Assembly (NCBI RefSeq): GCF_003704095.1
Contig: NW_020846873.1
Span: forward strand, 62,001-126,000
Direction: 5' to 3'
Origin: Pocillopora damicornis
Taxonomy: Eukaryota
Length of the DNA: 64,000 nt
The notes under the pieces are model-generated. The model was not told where the DNA came from. It did not search any database and saw only the letters and a program-made list of their open reading frames with translations. Position 1 is the stretch's first letter. Every line of letters starts with the position of its first letter. Position numbers and translations under genes: made by a program. Shown one piece after another: positions 1-11,870 of the stretch.

Positions 1-157
1 GTCGGGGGTGCCTCCCTTCTTTCCAGCCGCGCTAAGCTTTCGTGTGGGAACGAGTTGTATGTCATCGCTCACGAGGAGTAAGCCTTGTACCAAACAGCAG
101 ATTCCAACGACTGAGCATTAAATGATGTTTTTAACCTAATGGTTAACGGCGTATTAA

Positions 158-392
158 GTAGTTTTCAATTGCGTCGAAAGTCGTCCGCTGTTGGATTTGT
201 TTTGCTTTACATCACTCTGTGATTGGTTAAGAAAACTCGCACCTTTCTCTCGACCAATCAGATGTAAAAGAAAAGCTGGCTTTTTCTTCGCTTTTAGAAT
301 AGTTTGCTTTGTGTTTGCTTTCTTTTTCTCTGATTGGCTGTTGTGATTAATTTGGTTTTGATTTTACGACACTCAATGAAATCTAATCTATC
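158..392. repeat. Dispersed ~250 bp inverted-terminus repeat rich in CCAAT/ATTGG boxes
   Basis: GTTTTCAATTGCGTCGAAAG ... CGACACTCAATGAAA. Related copies lie at approx. 6510-6620, 7562-7800, 49960-50030 and 58760-59045. Confidence 0.55.
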
Positions 393-1016
393 GTTTGAGC
401 ACTGATTGTAAGGAGTTTCACCGGCGTAAATTAAAGTATTCAGTAAAGTCATAATAGTACTTCCAGAGTGAGTAAAAGATCTCAATAAAACCAAGTATCG
501 AGGGAAAAGGGTGTTCAGTGAATTGAGTGTTTGTTGGAGATCCTTCACTAATCATTGAAGCTGTACTCTTTCCTCCCACGAAGCTTGCTGTAAATAACTC
601 TATTCTCTAGGTGGAAGAAAGATTCCTAAAATAGCAGCTAGGTTAAGAATATGATCGCTAGGTTTCTCCAGCAAAGACCATTCAGGGTTCCCGTATCCCG
701 ATCAGGCGTTAGGTCCAGGCTGCTGCCTCCAATAAAACAGGCAACTGAATCTCGTGCGGCTTTAATTCTTTCCAGCGGCGTAGTTATTGGGCCTCCATTT
801 TTCACCCTAAACGCTCTTCGTACTGTGGGGCCCACCGTGCTTTTTATCAGAATATTTAAGCGCACAAGAGAGGCTCTTATAATTTTTAACGATGCGTGTT
901 CCATTGGACTGATGAATCATGTATGGATTGCGACATTGCTTGCACAATCATTTCATGTTATGTTACATGACGTCCTGATGCACGACCGATTGGCACGTGC
1001 CGAACAAAATTCCAAA

Positions 1017-4000
1017 ATGGAGGTTCTCCCTGCAGAGCTTCATCCACATGTTGATGCTATTGATATTGAAGAAGGTTCCTGATCAGCAATTTTCTTATAT
1101 CAAATTTATTAAACTGTAGTTTTTTCAGTTCTAATTCATCCCATTTTTCTCACAGACGGTACATTAGCCGTAGCATCCTCAGCATTAACCGGCCGAACGT
1201 GGAACGGATCTTTGTGGTTGTTTAAAGATCGTGCTAAAGCACCGGATGTCCATTACTGCAGTGCTGGATGTGCTACAGAATCAGGGACGACAGACATTAA
1301 GTGGATCGACTCTAGAAGACTTGTCCTTGGATCTGATACAGGCACTGTGGACATCTGGTGTCTGAGTGGAAGCTTTCAAAGTTTAGAAAATATGGCGTCG
1401 TTGTCAGATCATGACAATACAGTTTCTTCCGTCAGTGTAGATTGTGTAAAGAGTAAAATTGTCAGCGGTAGCTGGGATCGAAGGTAAGCATTGAAGTTTT
1501 TATGTTAAGTCTTTGTCCTCGACCTCGTGGACTTCCTCTGAGACGACATAGAGGAATCTTTTAAACTGAACTGGTCGCTGCTAGGATTATTTCTTATGCT
1601 GTAAGCCCACATGTAATTTGCGATAATCAGAGAAAAAAACCCGCTCTTATTTTATTGTTGAATATGTTGAGACCCTAATATTCATTTTTGCAACACTTTA
1701 ATGAGATATTTTCTGTGTACTGATTTTGGCAAGATTTCCACACAGCTCCATATTATGCATTTGGTTCTTGGATGAAGAAAACAGTGGCGAAAACAGTAGA
1801 TTGCCCTTGGCACTACGGCTTTGTTTTAGAATAGTATGGGGTTACACGAAAATATTTCCATTCGATTTAACCCTTAAAACTCTCATGACCTAATTGACAA
1901 ATCTCCTCTGACTTACCATTTGAAATTTGTGAAAAGGCAAGAAGTTACTTGTCATCAACTCTGGGAGTTTAAGACACACTCCATAAATTCTATGGGAGCA
2001 AACATTTTTTGTGTTCACAGACATGAATTCATAGCTGTTTGTTTACTCTTCTCTTCCCTTTTCAGCATCAAAGTGTGGGATTTAGAGCAGGAAAAATGTA
2101 TAAAGTCTTACAAAGGTATGTATTAAATTGTTCTGTTCTTTTTTTTCTCATTTAGGAAATAACTTCTAAGGAATTAGTTGCTTGACAAAAATAAATGTTT
2201 GTTAATTTTAGGTCACAGGGACATGGTGTGGAGTGTTGTGTACAGTAGAACTGAGCAGGATGTTTTTGTTTCAGCCTCACAGGTTTGTGTTAAGTATGAA
2301 TGCTATATTTAACCCTTTGACTTCCATAAATGATTAACAGATAAGTTCTCCCTATAATATCCATACTCTATCTAGCAAACAGATTGTGAGAATCTTTATC
2401 TTAATCTCACACCAAATTCTCATGACTAATTTACATTGACATGTGTAGCAGTTGGAAGGGAGAATTAACAATCAGATCTTGGGAGTTAAAGGGGTGAAGT
2501 AGGTGAGCACTTAGTCTCCTCCCAAGCTACTCTACAGACACTCTACTGGATTAACTTCACACAAAAACACCATCATGATATTGATGTTGGTCAGCCGTTG
2601 TAGTATTGGTTTCAGGTACTTGGATAGTTGGTATTTAGGAGACTCATAGAAAGAAACAATAGGTTGCATTAGGAAACCAGGTTTGTGTAGTTTTGACAGA
2701 TTGTAAAGTTTCAGTGGCTGTGGTACTGAGCACCCTCGTCAGTAGTAGGGTTGAGTGTCAATAACCTTCATCTTCTTGAGTTTAAGTAGTTTGCTGCTGA
2801 GTTCACGTCAAAATGAGGGAGTCAGGTCATGTTTGAGTTCTTCATAGGTTTGTTTGTCATGAATCAGTGCATCCATTTTGTGGTGATAGTCAGTTTTGTC
2901 CATGACAACAGTAACTCATCCTTTGTGGGCTGGTAGAATAACTATGTACTCATGTGAAACACAAATTGGTAGAATGCAAACCAGTTGGCTATTTAGAAGC
3001 CAACTGCAAACCTAAATTCTGTACTAGATGTACCTTCTATCAGTCCTGCCCAGGTTAGTGCATAAGTCAAGCCTTGGACATTGCAACAACAGCAGAAAAT
3101 ATACACTAACACCAGTCCTCATTCTATCTTTACTTTGGTAACTCACATTGTGGAGGGTAGATGATAGTAATATTGCATTTTTCTGGTTTGATTTTAGGAT
3201 GGGAGAGTTATCCTATGGGACACCAGAACACCAAACTGTGTGTCCAGGTTGTCAGGTATATATTTGTTACAGCATTGTACAACATAATTTTTGTCATATA
3301 ATCTGTCTGAAGAGGACCTTTTTTAACCCTTTAACTCCCAGATCAAATTTGTAATTCTCCTTACTGTCAACCATACAATTCTTATACTGTTAGTTCAGAG
3401 AATTAAGTATTGGGTCAAGTAATTATCCTCAAATTGATATTTTTTGTTATTCTCATCACTTATCTGGTGGATATTGTATTGATATTGTAAGGAGAAATTC
3501 TATATTGGTCACGCATGGGACCTAAAGGGTTAATAAAGTTATCTGATTAGATTATTGGTAAAAAAGAATAGAAACACTTACTTTTTTTTCAATTCTGTGT
3601 CCATTTTAGTATTTTCAAAATAAAATGATAATAGCAGCTTTGTATCTAATAACATGAGTATCTACAGAGACGTAAAAATAAGGAGCCAGAAATTATAAAC
3701 AATATGATAAAACCATTAAAAACCCTAAAAGATTTCCTTTACTTACCAATATTCGTAATGAAAGTAGAGATCTAGATGTGCAGCTGGACTTGATTTTGTT
3801 TAAAAAGTGAAAATTAGATTAGGAAAACTACCAGGCCTAATTTACTCCTTTTTTATTTCCTGTACACTCCTTTTTATCAGGAGCTTTGCACATGCATTCT
3901 GTACCTCTATATGTCACATGGCTCTTTTAAATGAACCCTTTGACCCCTTTAGAGTGACTAGCATCTTATTTCTCCTTACAATGTCACCCCTAAACCACAA

Positions 4001-5916
4001 GTTAAGGTCATGAGAATGAAGAAAATGATCACCAACTATTCTCCTTGTAAGCACCTTAGGAAATTTAGAGGGAATAAGCATACTATTGTTGGGGTGTAAA
4101 GGGTTATGGTCCAACCATCTAGAGGTAATCATTTGCCATGTATTACCAGCTGTTTTACAGTAATTATACATCATTTAGCTACAATAGTTCAGAGAGAGTG
4201 TGACGTCTCTCAAAATACATATTCTACTGTTCTTAGATTCCTCTCAGTATAACAGCATTCCACGTTGTGCAGACTGGAGTCCATTAGACCATCACTTACT
4301 TGCTCTTGGTTAGTGGAGTTATGCTTATTTCTAGAATAGGAAAAACAATATGTGGCAGTAGCCATTTCACTGTAAATTTATATCTTTTGACACTGCTTTT
4401 GATTACTTCAATTTTCTGAGATAATCAACAACCTTGTGAAGAGCAATCTTTCAGACCATATTTGTACAACATCCAAGCATGGAAGGATCCTTAGAGGCCA
4501 TCAGTTTGAACAGGATATTTAAGCAACAAGTTGAAATAGTTTCTATCATAGTGTAACAGATTTGTGTTTGTTTCTTTTTCATGTATTGATTGATATGTTT
4601 TGAACTCCTTTAGGTTATGAAGACGGTAGTGTGTGCCTCTGTAACATCCAAAATCCTAAACAACCAGTCCTAACTTTTTGCCCTCATGAAAGGGCTGTCA
4701 ACAGATTGGCTTTCTCACCAAGAAGGTTAGTTTGTTTGATGAGTTCTTCCTTTAAGCTGTTGTCCATTTCTGTAGTTGATTTCTGTTATGCGAAGTTCAA
4801 GTCTTAGTAACAAGGAACTGCCTTTTGTTTGTTTAGTCCTGAATGGCTTGCTTCAGTATCAGATGACATGTGGGTACATGTGCAAGATTGTCTCAATGAC
4901 ACAGAAGTGTAAGTAAAGAGGACTTTTTATTGACGTAGTATTATTTTTGGAAACAAAGAAGATGCGAGTTTTCCATTTGCTAGCACAATGAAAAGCTCAA
5001 GAAACATCTTTTTAACATTCTTAAATAATGCTCTGTGATTGGTGGATACATTTGAGTATACTCAGAGTGATTGGCTGATGTAACTGTCCAATTGCAGATA
5101 TCCTATTAAAATGAACTCTCAGACTCTCACTATTATAAAGTTAAAAAAAAACTCTACAGAATCATGGGTGAAAACCATGTTACTTCATCCACAAACCTCA
5201 TTTAAGGGAATTGAAATGGTCATAATTGAAATTATTTCAAGATGAATGGGAATCTGTTTGATATCTTCATCAAAGCAACATGTGAAACAGAGTTTGTTAT
5301 ATGGATCTATTCAAAGTATAAGTGAAATATGGAGACCGTTTACAGTGAGCCTCTCAAGGCGTATCTGTGAGGTGTGACTCATGAAACTGCCTATTGTGGG
5401 AGCAAAGATGGGTCGGCATCCAAATTTTCTTGCCTCAATGAGAGGTATTGTTTTTGTGATAGAAATTGTAAAACTAGAGCCTGTAAAAATTGAGGTCATC
5501 AAAGGGTTACTTTATCTAAATGTGCCAGACTTAGTAAGCAAGGCAAGGTATTTCTAACTCCCTCCCCGTTCCTCAGTCTCAGAAGTGATGAACATACGGA
5601 GGTTGTGCGGGGCCTGGCTTGGAGTCCCGTGGACGACACCTTATATACCAGCGGTTGGGGCCAGCAGATATTCAGTCATGCGTTTGACTGTGGGGAGCCT
5701 TCAGACCTTAATGTGGAAGCCAGCATATCTCAAGCTACTTCTGTGTGTATGGATATGGATTCTGTCAATCAAACGCACTTTAATGGAGATCTCAATGGAA
5801 TGTCTCTGGATGACGAGAATGGTGAAGAAACGATGGAAGTTGAAGGGCACGGAGCCACACAAAAGACTGTGTCTTCTAACGTAGGAACGGATAGCTCGGT
5901 TGGGACTGTTAGCTAG
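1017..5916 (+). CDS. WDR77: Methylosome protein 50 / WD repeat protein 77 (PRMT5 cofactor), 9 coding exons
   Basis: Exons approx. 1017-1074, 1156-1483, 2066-2115, 2212-2282, 3198-3255, 4237-4308, 4614-4725, 4837-4908, 5577-5916, all GT-AG and in phase. Translation [44 protein letters not shown] resembles vertebrate WDR77 ([20 protein letters not shown]). WD repeats include HDNTVSSVS..VSGSWD..IKVWD, GHRDMV..SASQDGRVILWD and PHERAVNRLAFSP. Confidence 0.9.
2585..2955 (-). mobile_element. Decayed Penelope-like element reverse transcriptase fragment in WDR77 intron
   Basis: Minus-strand translation HEYIVILPAHKG*VTVVMDKTDYHHKMDALIHDKQTYEELKHD..KLYNLSKLHKPGFLMQPIVSFYESPKYQLSKYL matches the PLE RT N-terminal motifs (ILPADKG..VVMD..Y; LYGLPKLHK..PMRPIVS..SPTY.LSK). 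It contains in-frame stops. Confidence 0.85.
3322..3533. mobile_element. TTAA-flanked ~200 bp MITE (piggyBac-like termini); representative copy of a family with about a dozen copies in the window
   Basis: TTAACCCTTTAACTCCCA ... GGGACCTAAAGGGTTAA termini. Related copies lie at approx. 1868-1972, 2309-2495, 3930-4106, 11322-11540, 13910-14120, 33711-33890, 39230-39442, 50793-50940, 59692-59917, 60999-61211 and 63730-63930. Confidence 0.75.
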
Positions 5917-7845
5917 CACCCTGTTAACTGTAAATAGAGATATAACTTAACAATTTTGTTTATGAAACAAAGGTGTATACCTCTCAAACCGTAAGATAGG
6001 AGCCTTGTTTTGGAGTTATTTCACCTTTGACAGCAACAGGTCATTAGTGGAATTTGCAATCTTAATTTTGAGGGTGAAGTAATTTTACTGAAAAATTCAA
6101 GATTAATGAGTGTTGGCTTAGTAGGTACTATAACAGTATTGTTTCCAGTGTGGTGTTTATATCGTTAATGACCTGTGTGGCATGTGTTTGGATAACCTTG
6201 CACGGGAAGAAAAGAGTGTTGTCGAAGTAACCTCGTAGTATTCACAGGGGTCATTAAGAATAAGTTCAATGACAAAGGAAGTTGGTGGGGACGTAAATTA
6301 GATACGTTCAAACAAGGTGTTTTTTAAAAAAGCCGGTTAGACCGCCGCCTATGAGACCTCTTACAGCCGTCTGTTCAGCACGGCCTCAGACTTCCTGAGG
6401 AGAAGGGGTCTTACAGGCACAGCCACCTACCATTGACAGGCGCGCACGGAACAAGTTATTGAAACCCCTGCGTGTAAACTTCCTCAAGTGCGAAAAAAGT
6501 GAATTACCGAGCCATGGTTGGTTTTAGTTTTGTAATCTGATTGGTTTAAAGGATGATGCAAGCTCTCTGGACCAATCACAGATCGAATTTCAGGAAAAAT
6601 CAATGCGCTTCTGATTATTTTTCGGGAATTGCCCAAGTTGTTGTTAAGCAAGGTAGACAAAGAGATACGATCAGCACCCTCTGGTAACCTGGTCATCTGT
6701 TAATAGGAACGCGAGCAGATGGAAGGGGGAGGCAGCAGTGAATAGCGAGCATTAATCTCCATCTGATAAATAAAGATTGCTATTCGTCACATGACTATAT
6801 TTTGAGTTCATTTACTATTTCCTGGAATTTTAGCCGACTCGAATTAGGCCTTGAGTTTACATCTACTTCCTTGCTTTTAATTAATTTTGATATCCTTAAA
6901 TAATTTGAACACTTGACTGATGCAATACAAGGGGCAAGACTTGAACATTGTACGCGTTACCTTGTCCTAACTCTTCCCTAAACCGAGGTTCATTATTGTA
7001 TTACTTTTGATCATGTCACTGGCTCTAGAATCCTCCTCAGCCATCGTTTCGACTTGTCACGCAACGCGTTCTCTCTTTCGCCTTTTCCAGTAATGTGTTA
7101 CGAGACGCGAGTAAACAACGGTTGCAAAGGTAGATATCTTGGTTTAGATCACCTAACTGTTTGCTATTGGAAGTGACTGAGTTTGCCCTTCGTTTCAAAG
7201 GGAACGAGTAATGATCATCCCTCATGCCGAATGATCATGCCGAATAACGTTTCTTCAAGCTGTGCAAATAACATAGAAATAACAACCGTTTGAAGTGATC
7301 TCTTAGTGACAATATTTTCGATAACTGGGAGCGTGGTATAACGTCTGTTATTTAAGAAAAGTTGAACCATTTGGTTTTTTGTTTCATTATGAATTATTTT
7401 GCCTTAAAATCTTTTCATGGAAATGCTGTACCAAGGCATTCTTACTCTGCCTTCTTGCCTTGCCCTGTCTGAATGCTCTACACCAAATGATCATTTCACT
7501 CCCAGAAATAGGGTACAGTTAAATTCTCCCTACAAGCAAGCTGGTGGGTTATACCTCAGGATAAAGCGCATTTCGATTGAGTGTTGTAAAGCACAAAACT
7601 ATAGTAACTACACCACCAACCAGAGGAAAGGAAAATACCACCAGGAGCCAATGAGAATGCATGGTAAAAACAAGCAAACTTTTAAAGCGCGGGAAAACGT
7701 GAGAGACCAAGTCGCGATTGGTTTTAGTTTTGATGCTGATTGGCTGAAAGGATGACGAAGCGAAGTAAAGCAAAACAACCCTGGGTTACTTAAGAAAATT
7801 CAGAATACCATACATGGGAGAATTGCGTCTCAAATCGTGGAAGTG

Positions 7846-8760
7846 TCAAGCCGAATTAGTGCAAACGTGGCGCACTGTTTCCTTCACAGCTTTCCTAACT
7901 TCCGTAATCCTCCAGCAGTAAAGAACGGGATTGAGTGAGGAGTTGAGGTAAACCAAAACCGAGGTTATAGCTTCAACAACAATGAGAGACGTGCTTAGGC
8001 CACGCACAGCAATAACTGCGGTTGTCAGAGCAAATGGAAGATAGCAAGTGGCTAAACTTGTATGAACCCACAGTGCATTGAAAACGGTTCGTTTGTACCG
8101 TGCTATGTTTAGTCCGGTATTAGGGCATTCCAAAGCATCTTGCACGTGTGTTTGTTGACGTCGAATGTTGTGGAAGATTCTTATGTAACAATATGTTGAA
8201 ATCGCAACAAATAACAGTACTGACGCAGTGCTTACCATGAAATATAAATACGCATTCCAGATGTAGACAATTCCGACAGAGGTGCTTAAAAACCAGAACA
8301 TGATAACAAGGGCACGAATTCGCATGACAGTTACAACTAATCTGTATTGTAAGCCCAATAATAGCGCGAGAAGTCGATCCACGCTAATAGTGGTCAATGT
8401 AGCCAAAGAAATTCCAGAGAAAATGGTGGTCGTAGTGTAAACAATTACTTTGCTGATTCGACAAAGCTCTGAGTTTCCTCTAAGAAACGAGTAGTACATA
8501 GTGACGATAGCTGGCTGTGAAATGACGCCGACGCAGAGATCAGTGATTGCCAGAGAACGAAGAAGTAATTTTGTAGGCGGATGAAGAGAAGAGTTCTTGC
8601 ATAGAGCGGCCAATATCAGCCCATTTCCAAGGGTAGCCGTTATTGTTAACAAAATGAACAAAGAGACGACAGCTTGGTAAAAGATGAAAAGATTAGAGTT
8701 TTCTTGGTCGTTGACTCTACTGACCCAATATCGGCTACAAAACAAATCTTCACCTGCCAT
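7846..8760 (-). CDS. Single-exon class A (rhodopsin-like) GPCR, orphan adenosine/melanocortin-receptor-like type
   Basis: Uninterrupted 304-aa ORF from the ATG at 8760 with seven hydrophobic segments. Motifs are GN in TM1, LAITD in TM2, SVDRL (DRY variant) after TM3, CYLP in TM6 and NSSLNPVLY (NPxxY) in TM7. Confidence 0.93.
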   Translation of the reverse strand: MAGEDLFCSRYWVSRVNDQENSNLFIFYQAVVSLFILLTITATLGNGLILAALCKNSSLHPPTKLLLRSLAITDLCVGVISQPAIVTMYYSFLRGNSELCRISKVIVYTTTTIFSGISLATLTTISVDRLLALLLGLQYRLVVTVMRIRALVIMFWFLSTSVGIVYIWNAYLYFMVSTASVLLFVAISTYCYIRIFHNIRRQQTHVQDALECPNTGLNIARYKRTVFNALWVHTSLATCYLPFALTTAVIAVRGLSTSLIVVEAITSVLVYLNSSLNPVLYCWRITEVRKAVKETVRHVCTNSA

Positions 8761-9545
8761 CACAACTGCGAGGAAGTCGCGTTCAAGATATAAACGAGCC
8801 TGAGGTGAATTGAATGAACTGAAAAAACTGCAGTTTTCTTGCGTTAGTCTCTTGCCGAATTAATGAAAGTCTAAATCTGTAATTGCTTTTTCCGGTCCCG
8901 AAACAGCTGAGTTAATGTGTTTTTGTTTCACATTAATGATGACGTTTTTTAAGTAAAAAGTATTTGCCATTCTTTTCTCTTTTCATCAAGAGAAGACGTA
9001 GAACACTTAACAGCTTGACTGTCAGTTTACAAACTAAAACTAATTTTAAAATATTCTCCTAAAAGATTGTGTCAAATTTGTTTTTTTTAATACGGTATTT
9101 CCTTATTAAGTGTCAGATTTGCGCAGAACTGAATAAATAAATTGAAATTGATAAATGCTGTCATTCGGTGATGTCTTTCTTACATTCGATATGAAATAAT
9201 TTAAACTGTGTTAAAGAAAAAATCCGTAAACTCGCGGCAAATTAGTGATGTAAATTCAACGATTTCTCTCTCTCTTTCTTTCTGGATTATTCACAATTCA
9301 GATGATTTAAAAGGAGGTGGAAACACGACCATGAAAACCTTCTTTTTACAACTAATATATACTTGGAAATGATATGAAATTGTCGGTGACGCATACTATT
9401 AAATTCAGTTCAATGCTTAGCCTACCAGGCATGCGACATTTTTTTTTTTTGCATTGTTCAAGCAAGATGATTCTAAATAAATGATCATCTACTCATCTTT
9501 TGAAATAACCATTATACAGTATTTCAACTAGGGGAGAGAGGTACT

Positions 9546-9886
9546 TACCGTAGTTCCTCGATTAGACGCCCCTCTTTCCCCCAAATATGCGCCGAATATG
9601 CGCCTACGTCCCTCGGCCATAATATCAAACAAGCGCCCCTATCGAATAAGCACCCTTCCCTCTTTTCCTCACTTTCTTAGGGATACAAAGAAAAACTATG
9701 TCTATCGCCACTTTATTTTATAACTTTTTAAGTTTAGACAGCTGTGGAATTAGTACAGGAGAATAGTTCTGTTTCTTCATTAGGAATAAGCGCCCCCTTC
9801 GATTAAGCGCTCTCTTCCAATTTGCCTCCTCCTTTGAGCCATGATTTTAAATTAAGGCCCGGGCACTTATTCTAGGAAATGCGGCA
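9546..9886. mobile_element. Non-autonomous DNA transposon (Tc1/mariner-pogo-like MITE)
   Basis: Degenerate terminal inverted repeats TACCGTAGTTCCTCGATTAGACGCCC ... GGGCACTTATTCTAGGAAATGCGGCA, with internal AATAAGCGCCC-like subrepeats. Confidence 0.55.
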
Positions 9887-11870
9887 TCTCTGTAATGGAG
9901 ACGATAAGTTATAATTGGAATCTTTTCGTGGTTTAAATCGTAAAGTAACAGTAAAAGTGTACGACTAACTTCGTCACAGATTGTTTCACTTCCTTAACCT
10001 TCCAACAGAAAAAGACAGGGTTAAGTGTACTTGAAGTTGTGGAGACAACACTCGTAGAAATTTCAAATATCGTTCACTGCTCAGTGTTTCTGTTTAACAT
10101 GAAATAAAACAAACTTGTGATCAGTGGCCGAGCAAGGATACCAACACCGTCACTCATTTATGTGACATCAATGAGTGACTTCCAGGGAACGAAGGAGTAG
10201 TTTGGAGAGCAGATAAATCGATATGTCCTTGAGAACAGCTGCTAAGATCAAACTGTTTCTTACGGCAGCTGATGTTGTTAGCAAGATAGAAAAAATAATA
10301 AGTGTAAAATTTTTTGCTCTTCTTGGTAAATTATGCTAAAAAAATTTTCTCACAGAGGTATTTAACGCTGATGGATGGCATTTCAGATTTCAAATAAATT
10401 TTGGAATTCAAAATTTGGCCATCTCAGTGTTCAGCAAATTACTCGCACAGACTACGTATCGTAAACCAAAAGCATATGATTTATGAACTAAAAGTTTTTA
10501 ACGTCGAGTCATTATGTATCCTTTCAATGCCTCAAATCAGATCGATGTTAGTGAATGGAGAATCACGTCTTGAAACCAATAAATTCTTTAAAATATTTCA
10601 GTTCACATCGACGCAGTACACCTCCCTTAAATTATTAGATTTCTTTCAGGCGTTAAGGATTGTTGATTGAAAGCACCCATTACATGTTTTATTGCGCAGT
10701 CCAAGTCAGATGAAGTGAACAGTTTAAAGCCAATCAGGTAAAACCACACGCATCAAAATTTCCGGTTTGCTGAAAAATATAATTGCTTTTAAGTTTTGTG
10801 GAAAAAAAAATCGTTTTTTAATGTTGATAACAAAGAAGAGAAACTTAAACAAAAATTTTATTGAAGTCTTTTAGCTCGGAACATGAGACATACTCCTGCG
10901 TATAAAGTAATAGTTGATAAAACAAAGGAACTCGTAGGAAAGCTTTTCTTTTAAACCGTATGCGTTCAGTTCTAAAAAAAATCTTTATCGACATTCAACA
11001 CCCCGTTGGTATATATTGCATTGGCCTGGAGAAATTCTAATGCTTTCTTTCGTCTAGAGCTGTCACTATTGACTTAGAAATACCTGCCCACCATCTACCG
11101 AATTACATGTGAGATTTTAAAGAAGAGTTAGATATGATGTCTCTCTATTGCCACAGCCTCACGCCCTCTCCCACCGGAATATTTCACCACGCCAACCCTG
11201 ATCCAAGTAAAATCATCTTGATACTAATTCGTATAATCAACAACAAAGGAAGTCATGTGGCCCAACAAACTAAATTATTCAATCCAGAAAAAGCGGCGCC
11301 GACCTTGTTTCCCCAAACTAATTAACCCTTTACACCCTAACATCAATATGCATATTCTCCATACCGTTTAGCCTAGTTCTCTATATGTTCCTGAGGTGCT
11401 GACAAGGAGAATTTGTTTAACAGTCAAGAACTTCTTCAGTCGTTGATCATTTCCTTTATTTTTCATGACCTTAATGTTTGATTCAAGGGTGATATTGCAC
11501 GAAGAAATTAGATGCTAGTCACTCACAGGGGTCCAAAGGTCACAAGATGAACAAAGTAAAGAAAAAGCAAACTGAAGCAGGTGATCTCTTCAATACTGTT
11601 CTCCAAACTCCTTAGCAGTTTTTGATTACACAGCCTGTGAAACTATATTCTGGCCAATAACAAAGTTGTTGAGAACTGAAGTGTTGACTAAAGACTACAT
11701 TGTTGACAATGGATCATTCGTCGTGTTTTACTTTATTTTCTACAAAAAGAACCAAATCACAAGCTCTAGTTCCGTTACATGCATGGACTTAACAATGGAG
11801 ATGATTCCATGTTTTGCTTGTGGATCTTTGTTAAAATCCTCCCTCAATGAGATAACTAATGGTAGAGCGT

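Noticed and set aside
1-81. Open frame VGGASLLSSRAKLSCGNELYVIAHEE* at the window edge
   Set aside because: It could be the end of an upstream gene but is too short to support.
651-1016. 122-codon in-frame N-terminal extension of WDR77 in the ORF track
   Set aside because: Homology begins at the AAAATGG start at 1017. The upstream part looks like CpG-rich promoter or repeat DNA with no recognisable protein features.
9900-11300. Short ORFs of 60-100 aa in intergenic and intronic DNA throughout the ORF track
   Set aside because: Mostly non-ATG starts, antisense shadows of exons or repeat-derived, with no recognisable motifs.
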